Shown here piece by piece: positions 19,024 through 30,100 of a stretch of DNA of 64,000 nt. Both the position numbers and the translations under genes were made by a program. Origin of the DNA: a virus (taxonomy: Duplodnaviria > Caudoviricetes). The notes under the pieces were generated by a model. The model saw nothing but the letters and a program-made list of their open reading frames with translations. It had not been told where the DNA came from and ran no database searches. Within the stretch, counting starts at the first letter, position 1, and each line of letters opens with the position of its first letter. The DNA lies in the IMG/VR virus record IMGVR_UViG_3300020042_006673, positions 953 to 64,952 of that record; one strand, given 5' to 3'.

Positions 19024-19339
19024 AATACGACTTAGAAATGTAGCGAATGAGTTAGCAAGAGTCAAAGCTGAGTTTGAAAAGATTTCAGGTAATCATCAAG
19101 ATATTGTATCAAATAATTTGCTTAATGATATGGTTGAAGCTACACCTATCGATACGGGCAAAGCTCGAGCTTCTTGGAGTCTTGTTAAAGTGAATAACAA
19201 TAGACGTAGGCTCATTAATACCACAGATTATATACAAAGGCTTAATCAAGGTTCTTCTAAACAGGCACCTGCTAATTTTGTAGAGTCAGTTGCATTAAAA
19301 CATGGTACTCCTACGGGTATCATCGTGGATGTTAAGTAG
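19016..19339 (+). CDS. HK97 gp10-like tail component
   Basis: ATPIDTGKARASW and YIQRLNQGSSKQAP motifs. Confidence 0.75.
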   Translation: MFKIRLRNVANELARVKAEFEKISGNHQDIVSNNLLNDMVEATPIDTGKARASWSLVKVNNNRRRLINTTDYIQRLNQGSSKQAPANFVESVALKHGTPTGIIVDVK

Positions 19340-19351
19340 ACTTATCTACTC

Positions 19352-19387
19352 GCCCAGAACCTATGATAAGGTTCTGGGCATTTTTTT
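19352..19387 (+). terminator. Intrinsic terminator upstream of tape measure gene
   Basis: GCCCAGAACCT-ATGATA-AGGTTCTGGGC, then A and T7. Confidence 0.85.
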
Positions 19388-19402
19388 AATCGAAAGGCTA
19401 TA

Positions 19403-22400
19403 ATGGCAATTCAAGTCGAAGTCGTCTCAGACTCTAAAAGAGCACAAGAAGACTTAGCTCGACTGAATGCATCCGTAGGTAAGATCCAGGATGCTACGTC
19501 CAAGGCTTCAAAATCGTTTTCTACATTTGCAACAGCAACAACTGCTATATTTACAGCATTTGCAGCTGGCAGTATCTTAACTAAAACTTCTGATACACTT
19601 ACTAATTTAAATACTAGACTTAAAATTGTAACTAAATCACAAGATGAACTTAATGTTTCTTTTAGAGCAGTAACTAAGATTGCATTAGATTCACGTAGTA
19701 ACCTTTCTGCAGTCGGTGATCTATATAGTAAAGTCGCCAGGTCAGGTAAGCAGTTAGGTGCAAGTCAACGAGATATCGTAACATTCACTGACAATGTTAC
19801 AAAGAGCATAGCTCTCTCGGGTTCTAGTGCACAATCTTCAACCGCTGCTATTATTCAGCTAGGCCAGGCTTTAGCCTCTAATAGACTTAGCGGTGATGAA
19901 CTTAGATCGATCCTTGAGAATGCCCCGGCATTGGCTGAAGCTTTGGCTAAAGGTCTAAAGATCAGTGTTGGTGAACTTCGTAAGTTAGGTGAACAGGGCC
20001 AACTGACATCAGTCAAGGTTTTCAAGTCCCTATTAAGCCAGACTGACGAAATTAATTCAGAGTTTAAGAAGGTAGGAATCACCTTCGCGGGTGCCTTCAC
20101 AAACCTAGGTACATCGTTTACTTTGATATTTGATGCTGTCTCTAAAGCCATATCGGGTTCACGAGGCTCTTTTGCAGGCTTTATTAATGACATTGCATTA
20201 CGCATTGCTAACATTGCAACTAATTTCTCTTTTATTTTGTATAAAGTTAGAATTGGTTTTATTGACTTTGCCATATATGTGGTAGACCTCTTTGATCGAA
20301 TCAAAGATAGTTTGGATGAAGTCGCACAAAAACTAGTGAAGTCTGCAAGTGCCCTATACACAGCTTGGACTCCCGCGTTGAAAGGATTGGCAGCATCTTT
20401 TGTAGTCTGGAGTAGCACTGCGAAGGACGCTATTAAGTCTGTCTACGGTACATTTACAGAATACCTAAGCGGTACGGCTATCGGTCAAGCACTAATGTCA
20501 GGTTTTGCAAGTACAATTACTTTCTTTAAAACAATTAAAGACACTATTGTAGATGTTTTCACTGATATCTTTCCTACTATTGACGTTGGCAAATTCTTTC
20601 CAAATTTAGATGTTGTATTAGGTTACATTCGTAAATGGTCTCTTGCTGTTGAGGGTTGGTTCTTCTATCTATATGATAAAGTAATTGGTAATTCTTGGAT
20701 TCCCGATTTGGTTCTTGGTGTTATATATTGGATGAAGAAACTCCTTGGCACACCTTTAAAACTGGTCGCTGAGTTCGTTAGCAAATCTAATGCTGGATTT
20801 AAATCGGTAAGCTTTGGTTCTATTTTTACTGTCGGTTTAGTGGCAGCTAAGAAGTATTACAAATCTTTGTTACTTATCGCTGGCGTATTAGGTGGGATCG
20901 CCCTTGCGTATAAAGCATTCGGACAAGGCGGTTTACCTTCTAATATTAAGGTACAAACCGCATTATCTGGTAACAAGGTACAAGACACCTTAGCCAAGAT
21001 CCAATCTAAACTATCCAAGCTATCCGACAGTGCTATTAAATGGTTCGGTTCAAGTACTTTTGGAAGAACTGTTAAACAGTTGTTTGGTGTTAAAGACACT
21101 GTTCCTGGAAAAGTATTTGGTGATTTCATTGATACTGGTGCATTTGTAGGTCGAGGGACACAAAGGAATAGCCCAGATAGGTCTTTTCTTCATGACTTTG
21201 TTAATGCATTCCCTAGAGAGATTCAGATTCCTTTATTGGCAACTTTGACAGGTGTGTTTTCACTGGCAATTGTAGCTGCTACTCAGTCTGGTGGATTTAG
21301 ATCCGCTTTATTAGGCATTCTTACGACTATCTTTGCAATAGTTGTGGCTAGGACTGTTGACCAGAAAACGACTTTTAATTTCACTACTGGACTTGCTAAC
21401 TCTTTTGTGCAGGCTTTGAAATCGGGGCTTGATGCCCTGTTTGGAGGCTATGCCACTAAAGATCCTTTAGGTGTACTCGCCACCATTGCGAAACTTGCAT
21501 TACTATTTAAGTCAGGCAGAGCCTTTATTGGTAATGCCCTGCTAGGGGCTGCAACTGCCCCGACTAGAGCGGTCAATATCGCTGGTGATGCCTTTACTAA
21601 ACGTGGTATTGATGCCCAAGTAAAGAGCTTGGATAAGGCAATCAATAATCTACCTAAAGACTTGGCTAACAATGCTAGAACTACTAATGAAATATTAAGA
21701 CGACAACTTAATAAATTAGCAGATTCTAATGACCGACTAGGAAATCGGATAGGTTTAGCACGAGCACAAGCTGCAATCAATTCTGGTGGCAGTTCATTTC
21801 AGTTCGGGCTAGCGTCAGCTGCTGCTTTGTTCAATGCTAGTAGAGCTAATGCAGTGGCCGAGAAGGCTAATCGTTCCGTAGGTAATGAGAGCGCTATTCG
21901 AGATGACTTAGTAGCCCAGCAAAAGGCCTTGACAGCTCAAAGCGAAACACTAGGCAACAGAGTAGCTGCTGCAAAAGATGCAACCGTGACTGGCATTAAA
22001 AATACTACTGCAGGTGCTGCTGGTATTATCGGTGGCATTGCTGGTTTCCAGATAGGTGCTGAAATTGCCAAAGGAATGGCAACATCTCCTGCTTGGGTCA
22101 AAACTGGTGTAACTTTAGCTGCATCTTTTGTAGGACAGGGCGTAGGCTCTGCTATAGGTTACGTTATAGCCACTGCGATACTAGGTGTCGGTAAACTCAT
22201 TACTGTCAATATTGCCCTTGCAGGTATTGGTTTTGGCTTAAATGTAATTAAGACATTACTGTTAAGAAATCCGTTTGTTGTTGGTGCAACGCTTTTGGCT
22301 GCAGCCTTATTAGCTGGCTACACTCTTTTTAAAAGCTTGCCTGAAGACTGGCAGAAGGCACTTAAAGCAGATATCAGTAATTTAGGTAATTCGTTGTTTA

Positions 22401-25303
22401 CGCCTAATGATCCTAAAGCTTTTGGTACTGTTAAAGACACGGTTACAAGGGCTGATCCAACGGGAATTTCTAAGATTGTATTTACAATCATAGAGTTGCA
22501 TGCCCAGATGAAAGAGCGTTTTTATGCAATCTTCGAAACATTGTATAAAGTGCATAGAGCCATTCTAAACTTTATTATTGACTTTGGTAAACAGATAAAA
22601 CGAAACTTTGATAATCTAACTAAAGACGGTTTAGGGGGGTTGTTTTCAAAGGTTACCACTGCTATTGTAGATGGTTTTAAAGGTATCTTTAAATCGATAC
22701 TTGATACTATTATTCCTGGTGCAAGAGCTTCTGAGTTAGCTCCTAATGCTCCTAAGGCATCTGCCCTTCCTAAGATAGCTGCTGATACACTTACAGATCC
22801 CTCAGGTAAACCTTTAAGTTTTACAAGTAAATTTTCAGATGCATTTTCTGAAAGCTTAAGTAAAGTTAAACCTGTATTTGATAAAATATCTTCAGCACTG
22901 ACTGGGGGTACAGACGGTATAGCGACACCGACTGTAACGCCCACTGCCAAAGCTGAAGCTCCTACTCTTAAAGCTCTAGTAGAAAATGCTAAGACTCTGA
23001 ATCAAAGTAATGAGCTTCTCGCAAAGGCGTTTAAGACTACTGGTATTGCTGGCGGTATCAAAGCTTCTGACTTTAACAATATTCCTGCATCTATAGCTAT
23101 TCAGATAGCCGAGGTTCTTGGTAATATTCAAGAAGCGAATGCTGTAATTGCAAGACGTGGTAGCGGTTCGTTACAAGGCCGTTTAGCTCAAGAGAAGTTA
23201 AATCTATCTAAGGGCGAGTTAGGGGACTTACTTGCACAACAAAAATCAGTAGGAAACGTTGACTCAAAATTCATAGAGTTACCTGGTAAAATTGATGAGA
23301 AAGACGTATTACGTGTAAAAGATCAATTTGACATTGTAGCGACGACATTTCCAGAATTAGGTTTATCGATTGGAGAATTTGTTAAATTTGCAGATAATCT
23401 TCGTGAAGATCTTGTTCAATATGCAAATGGTATACGGGTTGCTACATCAAAAATCGAAGAGACTGAAATTGGAAATGTCAAATTACCAAAGACTAAGCGT
23501 ATTGACTTGACACAACGTAGAGCTGACTTAGAGACTACCAGAAGTTTTGAGTTAGATGCTGCGAAGTCTAGATTGAGTGGAGCTAGAAGTCCTGGACGTC
23601 AATTAGTAAATGACTTCGGCGCTCTCAATATTCAAATTACTGAGGCTATAGCAGCAAAGATTGCAGCGTTTGACTCTGAATTCTTCACAAGTGCTTTAGA
23701 AACGCTTAAGAGTGCTCAGGCAAATATTAGCTTACCTGCAAGTGCTGGTAATGAGTCTATACGGACCGCTTCAGCTGATCTCATTAAGAAGACTACTGAA
23801 GAAGTTCAAAAGCGATTGACAGGACTTGAACTCCCTGAAGATTCCTTTGCAAGACTTTCACGTGAACTCAGTGGATTAGGTATCGAGGGGCTTGATCGAG
23901 TTGCTTTTAACTTGTTATCTAAGACTCAAGAAAATACCCTAAGAGAGTTAGGCCAAAGACTTAAGAAGGAATCAGATAATCTCAAGGATAATAAAGATTT
24001 ATCTGAGGGTGCTAGATACTTAGGGCAGAAGACAGTCAATGAGCTTAATACACAAATTGCTGATGTGCTCTCTAAGCTGAAGCCTGAGTATGAGTCTCAA
24101 GCCAAGCTTGCTGGAAAAGCTTTTGGTAGTAATATTACAGAGGCTGTTGCTAGTAGTTTGAAAGATGCCTTGAAGGGTAAGAAAGATGATGTTGATGCTT
24201 CATATTTTGTCAATATACGTAATCGTATTGTCGACGCTTTCACTTCCAATGTCTTAGATTCTGCAGTGAATGGCATTATCAGTGCTATCTCTAAGGAAAA
24301 CGGTTTCTTAGATTCAGTCTTAGAATCTTTAGGTATTAATATCTTCGAGACTTTTGCAAATCTATTTGGAGGTAATGGCGACCGACCAGAGGCTGAAGTT
24401 GCATTTACTAAAGCTTTGAATAAATTTACCGAGACTTTTGGCCCAACATTGGGAATTGGAAATGTCGGTGGCGTCCCTACATCTCAGACTTCATCTGGTG
24501 GACTGTTTCAGTCGATTAAAGATTTCTTCGGTATAGGCTCTGATAAAGAAGGTGTTCAGTTAGGTGCCCTTCCTGAAGACAACGCAGGGCTTGTCGAGCT
24601 AGATCCTGAAAGTGTTTCTGGTGCAAATGTCGCTGTAGATGCGGGTATTGAATCTGGATTCAATAGAGTATTTCCTAAACTGTCAGGTATCTTTAGTGAG
24701 ACTATATTAGGTCTTTCGAAGGTTTTCTCAGGCTTTACACAAGGGTTCTTCGGTCTATTCAATAGTTTTGCTTCCTTATTCGGTGGTGGCGGTGGTAGTA
24801 AAAGTGGTTCTTTATTGAACCTAGGTCTAGGAATCTTCAGTGCATTCTCCGGTGGATTTGGAGGCGGTGGAGGTGGTATTCTTCCTGGCGGTGCAAACAC
24901 GCCTATCCCTAAGCTTATTAGAGTAGCGAGTGGTGGTTACGTTCGTGGCGCTGGTACAGGTGTTTCGGACAGTATCCCGGCCATGTTGTCTAATGGCGAG
25001 TTTGTGGTTAATGCCCAGTCAACTGGTAGATACAAAGGGTTGTTAGAGAGTATTAATAGAGGTAGTCCTCTACGTTTTGCAGACGGTGGTTTTGTTAATG
25101 CTGGCAACACCGCATTACCGATGCCTGGCTCCTTCAGTTCTTCTTCAAGCGTATCTCGCTCACAGCAGACTCGTAACCAATCAGTTTTCAATATCAATGT
25201 GACTGGCAATATCAGCCAACAAACTCGTGAAGAGATTCAAAGAATGATACCTGAGATTGCAACGGGTGTGAACTCTCATAACTACGAGCAAGGTAATAAA
25301 TAG
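19403..25303 (+). CDS. Tape measure protein
   Basis: 1966 aa; N-terminal tape-measure domain (AIIQLGQALASNRLSGDELRSILEN); C-terminal ASGGYVRGAGTGVSDSIPAMLSNGEFVVNA. Confidence 0.95.
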   Translation: MAIQVEVVSDSKRAQEDLARLNASVGKIQDATSKASKSFSTFATATTAIFTAFAAGSILTKTSDTLTNLNTRLKIVTKSQDELNVSFRAVTKIALDSRSNLSAVGDLYSKVARSGKQLGASQRDIVTFTDNVTKSIALSGSSAQSSTAAIIQLGQALASNRLSGDELRSILENAPALAEALAKGLKISVGELRKLGEQGQLTSVKVFKSLLSQTDEINSEFKKVGITFAGAFTNLGTSFTLIFDAVSKAISGSRGSFAGFINDIALRIANIATNFSFILYKVRIGFIDFAIYVVDLFDRIKDSLDEVAQKLVKSASALYTAWTPALKGLAASFVVWSSTAKDAIKSVYGTFTEYLSGTAIGQALMSGFASTITFFKTIKDTIVDVFTDIFPTIDVGKFFPNLDVVLGYIRKWSLAVEGWFFYLYDKVIGNSWIPDLVLGVIYWMKKLLGTPLKLVAEFVSKSNAGFKSVSFGSIFTVGLVAAKKYYKSLLLIAGVLGGIALAYKAFGQGGLPSNIKVQTALSGNKVQDTLAKIQSKLSKLSDSAIKWFGSSTFGRTVKQLFGVKDTVPGKVFGDFIDTGAFVGRGTQRNSPDRSFLHDFVNAFPREIQIPLLATLTGVFSLAIVAATQSGGFRSALLGILTTIFAIVVARTVDQKTTFNFTTGLANSFVQALKSGLDALFGGYATKDPLGVLATIAKLALLFKSGRAFIGNALLGAATAPTRAVNIAGDAFTKRGIDAQVKSLDKAINNLPKDLANNARTTNEILRRQLNKLADSNDRLGNRIGLARAQAAINSGGSSFQFGLASAAALFNASRANAVAEKANRSVGNESAIRDDLVAQQKALTAQSETLGNRVAAAKDATVTGIKNTTAGAAGIIGGIAGFQIGAEIAKGMATSPAWVKTGVTLAASFVGQGVGSAIGYVIATAILGVGKLITVNIALAGIGFGLNVIKTLLLRNPFVVGATLLAAALLAGYTLFKSLPEDWQKALKADISNLGNSLFTPNDPKAFGTVKDTVTRADPTGISKIVFTIIELHAQMKERFYAIFETLYKVHRAILNFIIDFGKQIKRNFDNLTKDGLGGLFSKVTTAIVDGFKGIFKSILDTIIPGARASELAPNAPKASALPKIAADTLTDPSGKPLSFTSKFSDAFSESLSKVKPVFDKISSALTGGTDGIATPTVTPTAKAEAPTLKALVENAKTLNQSNELLAKAFKTTGIAGGIKASDFNNIPASIAIQIAEVLGNIQEANAVIARRGSGSLQGRLAQEKLNLSKGELGDLLAQQKSVGNVDSKFIELPGKIDEKDVLRVKDQFDIVATTFPELGLSIGEFVKFADNLREDLVQYANGIRVATSKIEETEIGNVKLPKTKRIDLTQRRADLETTRSFELDAAKSRLSGARSPGRQLVNDFGALNIQITEAIAAKIAAFDSEFFTSALETLKSAQANISLPASAGNESIRTASADLIKKTTEEVQKRLTGLELPEDSFARLSRELSGLGIEGLDRVAFNLLSKTQENTLRELGQRLKKESDNLKDNKDLSEGARYLGQKTVNELNTQIADVLSKLKPEYESQAKLAGKAFGSNITEAVASSLKDALKGKKDDVDASYFVNIRNRIVDAFTSNVLDSAVNGIISAISKENGFLDSVLESLGINIFETFANLFGGNGDRPEAEVAFTKALNKFTETFGPTLGIGNVGGVPTSQTSSGGLFQSIKDFFGIGSDKEGVQLGALPEDNAGLVELDPESVSGANVAVDAGIESGFNRVFPKLSGIFSETILGLSKVFSGFTQGFFGLFNSFASLFGGGGGSKSGSLLNLGLGIFSAFSGGFGGGGGGILPGGANTPIPKLIRVASGGYVRGAGTGVSDSIPAMLSNGEFVVNAQSTGRYKGLLESINRGSPLRFADGGFVNAGNTALPMPGSFSSSSSVSRSQQTRNQSVFNINVTGNISQQTREEIQRMIPEIATGVNSHNYEQGNK

Positions 25304-25391
25304 CTTTAAGAACGTACCCTCTCCGGAGGGTGCATTCTACTATCAACTATAGTAGAATGTATCTTCTATAACAACAGAACAAAGGAACTAT

Positions 25392-25997
25392 ATGTACGGT
25401 ATTTTATTATCCTCGACCAATACAGGCCTCACATCTGAGCTTTTAGCTGTTTTTACGGCACCATTAAGCCTGATAGATAATAGAGGTGAGAACATTGCTG
25501 ATGCCCTGAATTTAAAGAGACGAGGTTCTAGACAGACTGCTCAACGTTGGGAGATAGAAGCTGGTATTGCGCCTACAAGAGCCGATTCTTCAATTTTAGT
25601 GCATACTGTAAAGTACGGTCATGTGTTGCCATTTCCAATAAGGATGCCGCAGCCTGCTGAAGTGATTTGTACAACCGCAGCAGTAACTGTAAATGGTACT
25701 ATAGCAGCAGGCAATGATACCTTCAACATTAATGGAGCACCTAGTCTAGTTTCTGGTGAGTTTATCAATATAGGAGCTGATCCTAAGGTGTATTTAGTAG
25801 TGTCTCCTGGAGTAGCTGGTGTTGGGGTTCAAGTTTCACCGCCGTTAAGGACTACAATATCTACATTATCTGTAATTAAAACTAACCTTCAGGTTACAAT
25901 GCAAGCCATGTATGATAAAGACACCCGACTCGGTATTACCTATGTAGATGGTGTGCTTTCTGATAATGGCATATTTAAATTCATAGAGAGGTTATAA
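25392..25997 (+). CDS. Distal tail / tail tip protein
   Basis: First gene after TMP; AQRWEIEAGI motif. Confidence 0.6.
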   Translation: MYGILLSSTNTGLTSELLAVFTAPLSLIDNRGENIADALNLKRRGSRQTAQRWEIEAGIAPTRADSSILVHTVKYGHVLPFPIRMPQPAEVICTTAAVTVNGTIAAGNDTFNINGAPSLVSGEFINIGADPKVYLVVSPGVAGVGVQVSPPLRTTISTLSVIKTNLQVTMQAMYDKDTRLGITYVDGVLSDNGIFKFIERL

Positions 25998-26599
25998 TGC
26001 GACAGTTTAGTGAAAATGTTAAATTGTTAATGCAGACTGATTTTCCAGCAGCATTCTTTTTAATTACTATTGTTTCTAAACTAGGTACTACTCGTGAGAC
26101 AGACTTAGCGTACCCTGTGACAGTATCAGGTCTAGGTACGTTTCAATCATCCGATTATTTGCTGTCAGTAGAACCTCCTAGGACATCTAATGTTGTGGAT
26201 CGTGAGACATACAAGGTAGTTTATGCAGATCCTTCTATGGAAAAGTTAGCATATTTTGAGAATGTATTAACTGGTTCGTTGATGACGATACGAGTTGGTT
26301 TTTATAATACAACCTCTAATCAATTAGGTGGTGCTGACCCTGGGATGCCTTTGCTAAATCCTGAAGATATTTTCATATCTTATGAAGGGGTCGTCGATAC
26401 ACAAGGTTACACTGTAACAGCTGCAGAAGGCCGAGTGACCGCTGTGATTGAGTGCTCCAGCCCTGTCGCCAGCTTAGGTTTGGTTAAAGCGTTTCATACT
26501 TCTAGAGACAATCTTCGTCAGATAAATCCTGCTGACAACTCCTTTGATCAAGTATATGTAGGCTCTTCACAAGTGTCTCAGTTATGGGGTAAACCATGA
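25997..26599 (+). CDS. Tail tip/hub protein (gpL-like position)
   Basis: Coupled to previous gene; YEGVVD...VIECSSP...QLWGK. Confidence 0.6.
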   Translation: MRQFSENVKLLMQTDFPAAFFLITIVSKLGTTRETDLAYPVTVSGLGTFQSSDYLLSVEPPRTSNVVDRETYKVVYADPSMEKLAYFENVLTGSLMTIRVGFYNTTSNQLGGADPGMPLLNPEDIFISYEGVVDTQGYTVTAAEGRVTAVIECSSPVASLGLVKAFHTSRDNLRQINPADNSFDQVYVGSSQVSQLWGKP

Positions 26600-27102
26600 G
26601 TAATTTACCTATAAATGTGATTTCAGAAATTCCTATGCTATCACCAAATAATATGACGGATATGGAATGTATTCGCTCTATCGAAGCCTATGAATCACGG
26701 ATTGAGTCTTCACCAGCTAATATAAAGATTAATGTCAATCAGTTTTTTGGTGATGGCTGTTATGCACGTGAAGCTGTAATGCCTAAGGGTGCTATTGTCA
26801 CAGGAAGAACACATCTTTATGATCATATAATAGTTATGATTTCGGGTGAAATGACTGTGTGGTCCGCTGGCGTGGGCCTTAAGAGGATTTCTGGCCCTTG
26901 TGTTTTTGAAGCAAAGGCAGGGGTCAAACGAATCGCTTATATACATCAAGATGTTAGATGGGTTAATCTGCATGGTATTCATGTTGAAGGGCGACCTTCT
27001 GAAGATGAAATGTCTGAAGTTCTCAGTAAGAGACACTATGGCGATTTTATAAAATATATTTCAGACCTAAAGAGAGGTATACTCGATGGCAGCATTTATT
27101 AG
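26596..27102 (+). CDS. Cupin-like protein in tail operon
   Basis: YAREAVMPKGAIVTGRTHLYDHIIVMISGE is a cupin-barrel-like pattern with paired His. Confidence 0.55.
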   Translation: MSNLPINVISEIPMLSPNNMTDMECIRSIEAYESRIESSPANIKINVNQFFGDGCYAREAVMPKGAIVTGRTHLYDHIIVMISGEMTVWSAGVGLKRISGPCVFEAKAGVKRIAYIHQDVRWVNLHGIHVEGRPSEDEMSEVLSKRHYGDFIKYISDLKRGILDGSIY

Positions 27103-30100
27103 TGCAGCAATTAGTATTGCTTTAACTGTTGTATCCTTTGTGGTCCAACAGAAACAGGCTTCCAAAGCCAAAAATGCGGCAAGAAGAGCACAAGAGGAGG
27201 CTGATGCCCGTGCAGATGCTTCGAAGGGTTTTCAGATCGTTACTGAAAGTAAACCATCAGTTGTGCCTGTGGTTTATGGACGTGCAGTGGTAGGCGGATC
27301 GAGAGTTTATCATAAGACTTTTAATAATTATGTCTATGCAGCTCCAGGGGCTAACGGGCAGGTTTTTAAAGCCAGCGATGCCTTGGATAGTAATGGCACG
27401 GGTTCTAAACATGAATGGTTAATTACTCAACAGGTATTATGCATCGGTGGAATTAATGCTTGTTACGATGTCGATGTGGACCGTCGTAAGATAGCAGGTG
27501 AGTATATTAATGAATATAATGAAGTCGTTTTGAATGTTAACCCTAATAATTTACCGGTAGGTGTAACTAAAGTCGAACCTTACGCCTATGGTGCAATGGC
27601 CTACGTTTATAAAAATGGTGGTGCTCCTGATCCTCTTATGACAGCAAATGAGGCAGTTAGAGCATCTGCTTTTTTCACTAATTGTGCATTTGCTACCAAT
27701 GTATTTAAGTTAAATCGGGATGATCCACAGTTTAGTGGAGTCCCTGAAGGTCAGTTTTATATTGAAGGTGCCTTGGTACATGACATTGTTGAAAGTGGTG
27801 GCGTATACTCTCTTTCTGCAAATAAAGTGTATTCTACTAGTCCTCCATTACACTTAGTAGACTATCTGACAAATCCATCCTATGGCCGAGGTCTAGCTAT
27901 CAATAAACTTGATTTAGCTAGCTTCTATAAGGCAGCTAGGATTTGCGAAAGAGTTGTACAAGCTAACGTTCCTTTAGAAGGTTCTTTCTGGAATGCAAAA
28001 GGCGGTACTAGAAATGTTTATTTATATGAGAATTGTCAGGCAATAGACACCTCTAAGACTATTAGAGAGAATATAGAGTTGATTAAAGACACTATGAATG
28101 ATGCTGAACTCTTATGGTCTGGCGGTGTTTATAAACTCAAACTTGAGTATCCCTTAGTATATTCCGTTGGTTCGTATAACGTAGGACAAGTTGTTCAATA
28201 TCAGAACAAACTGTACCGGTCACTTACAAATGGAAATACGAACTCGATTCCACATGCATCATGGGCGGATGCTATTGATTTTTATTTAGATGATAATACT
28301 ATCTTAAGAGATGGCGAGACTTCCCTGAGTTGGCCTAATGCACAGACTCGGTTAAATTTTGCAACAGTTAGATTCTTGAATGAAGCTAAGGATTTTCAAG
28401 AAGATACTGTCTCTTGGCCGCCTAAGACTGGTATCGTCCCTGGCCCGAGCCTTGATAGAGGTGAATGGAACGGGGCAACAGCTTACAACATATCTGATAA
28501 AGTTAATTACTTAGGTGCCATTTATCAACTATCTAGTGGTACTCTACGTGTCAGTGCCGTAAACCCTGTTGTAGATTTAGTATGGGTGCCATACGCAGGA
28601 AATTCTGTGTACGCAACATACTTGGCAGAAGATAGCGGTTTACCTTTAGAAACTGAAATTTTTGTAACGGGTATAACGTCCTATTACAACGCACTTGCAA
28701 AAGCTGAATATTTAGTTAGGAATAGTCGTAGTGCTATAACATACAGCATAAATGTAGACAGAACACATATCGGGATTGAGCCTGGCGATTTTGGGTATAT
28801 CGAATCTGACGTTTATGGAATATCAGGTGACTTGATACGTGCTACTGAAGTCAGACCAGATGACACTGGCAAGATTACCTTGTCTGCTGTTAGATATAAT
28901 GCAGCTGATTTAGCCTGGAATATAATAGATGATGAGATTGTAGCTTCAAGGTTAATTTACAACAATGCCTTAGCACAAGTGACAGGGCTAACATTTTACA
29001 GAATACCTGATGTCTTAGCTGAGTCATCTGGACGTTTGGCATGGCTTCCTTCAAATGATATAAGAGTTACAAGCTATAGTATTAAATACACCAGGACCGA
29101 GCCTCAGTTTATAACATCAAGTACTGTATGGTTAGAGCTAGGTCAGACTACGAGTACTGCATTTGATTTACCTAGACTGTTAAGCGGCAGTTTTACATTA
29201 ACTGTTGTTTCCATGAGTAACAGTAGAGCTGCTCCTTTCTTGAATAGCGATGGTTCTGTTGCATGGCCTGTTGTGGGTGTTGGGTTTTCATCTACAGTCA
29301 TTGGTGGAACTACCTTACAATCGGTTACGGTTTATAAAAGAAGCTCTAGCCCACCCTTAGCACCCGTCGGTGGCGTATATGATATTACTGCGTTACAGTT
29401 TAATACTCTTCCAGTAGGATGGACAGTAACGCCACCAACTGGGGTAAATCCGTTATATTCATCTACAACCATCGTAGCAGGCACTTCTGTTAATACTGTG
29501 ATTACGATAGTTTCTTGGGAAACGCCTATATTGCTGGCAGACACTTCTTCATATGCTTTGTTATCCAAGCCTGTGATAGGGATTCTCCAAGATTCTCAAG
29601 GTAACAATTTTGGGTACTCCAATGCGAATGGTAGGTTCATAGTTATTTCTAATAACGTGGATGTTACACAAAGTGTCGATCTTACATTCAGTGTACTTTC
29701 CAGTGAAAATATTGGGGTGTTTGTTGATAACAATATAGGGCTTACTCGTGGAAATTACGCAGTATCTTCTTTGACAGGTAACCAAGGGTATGCTATACTA
29801 AGAGCTACATATCTAGGGGTTCACTCAGATAGACGACTTACAGTTGCGTCTGTACCTGTTGGCTATGTCCTAGACCCTAGCCCTCCTAGCGAGATACCTG
29901 ACGCTACTATCTTTGTAGATTATTCTTTAGTTAGTATAACCTTAACGACACCTCTGACATACTCTGAAGGTAATGGACATCTAGAGACTGACGTTTATAT
30001 GGGTGTTGGGGCAAACCTCCCATTCTTATCTTGCGACAAGTTGACAGCATTCTCAGGACCATCTGTATCGTTTATTGGACCATTGGCTTCTACAATTACA

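Noticed and set aside
19855-25209. Several minus-strand ORFs inside the tape measure gene
   Set aside because: Shadow ORFs of an Ala/Gly/Ser-rich gene; the genome is otherwise unidirectional
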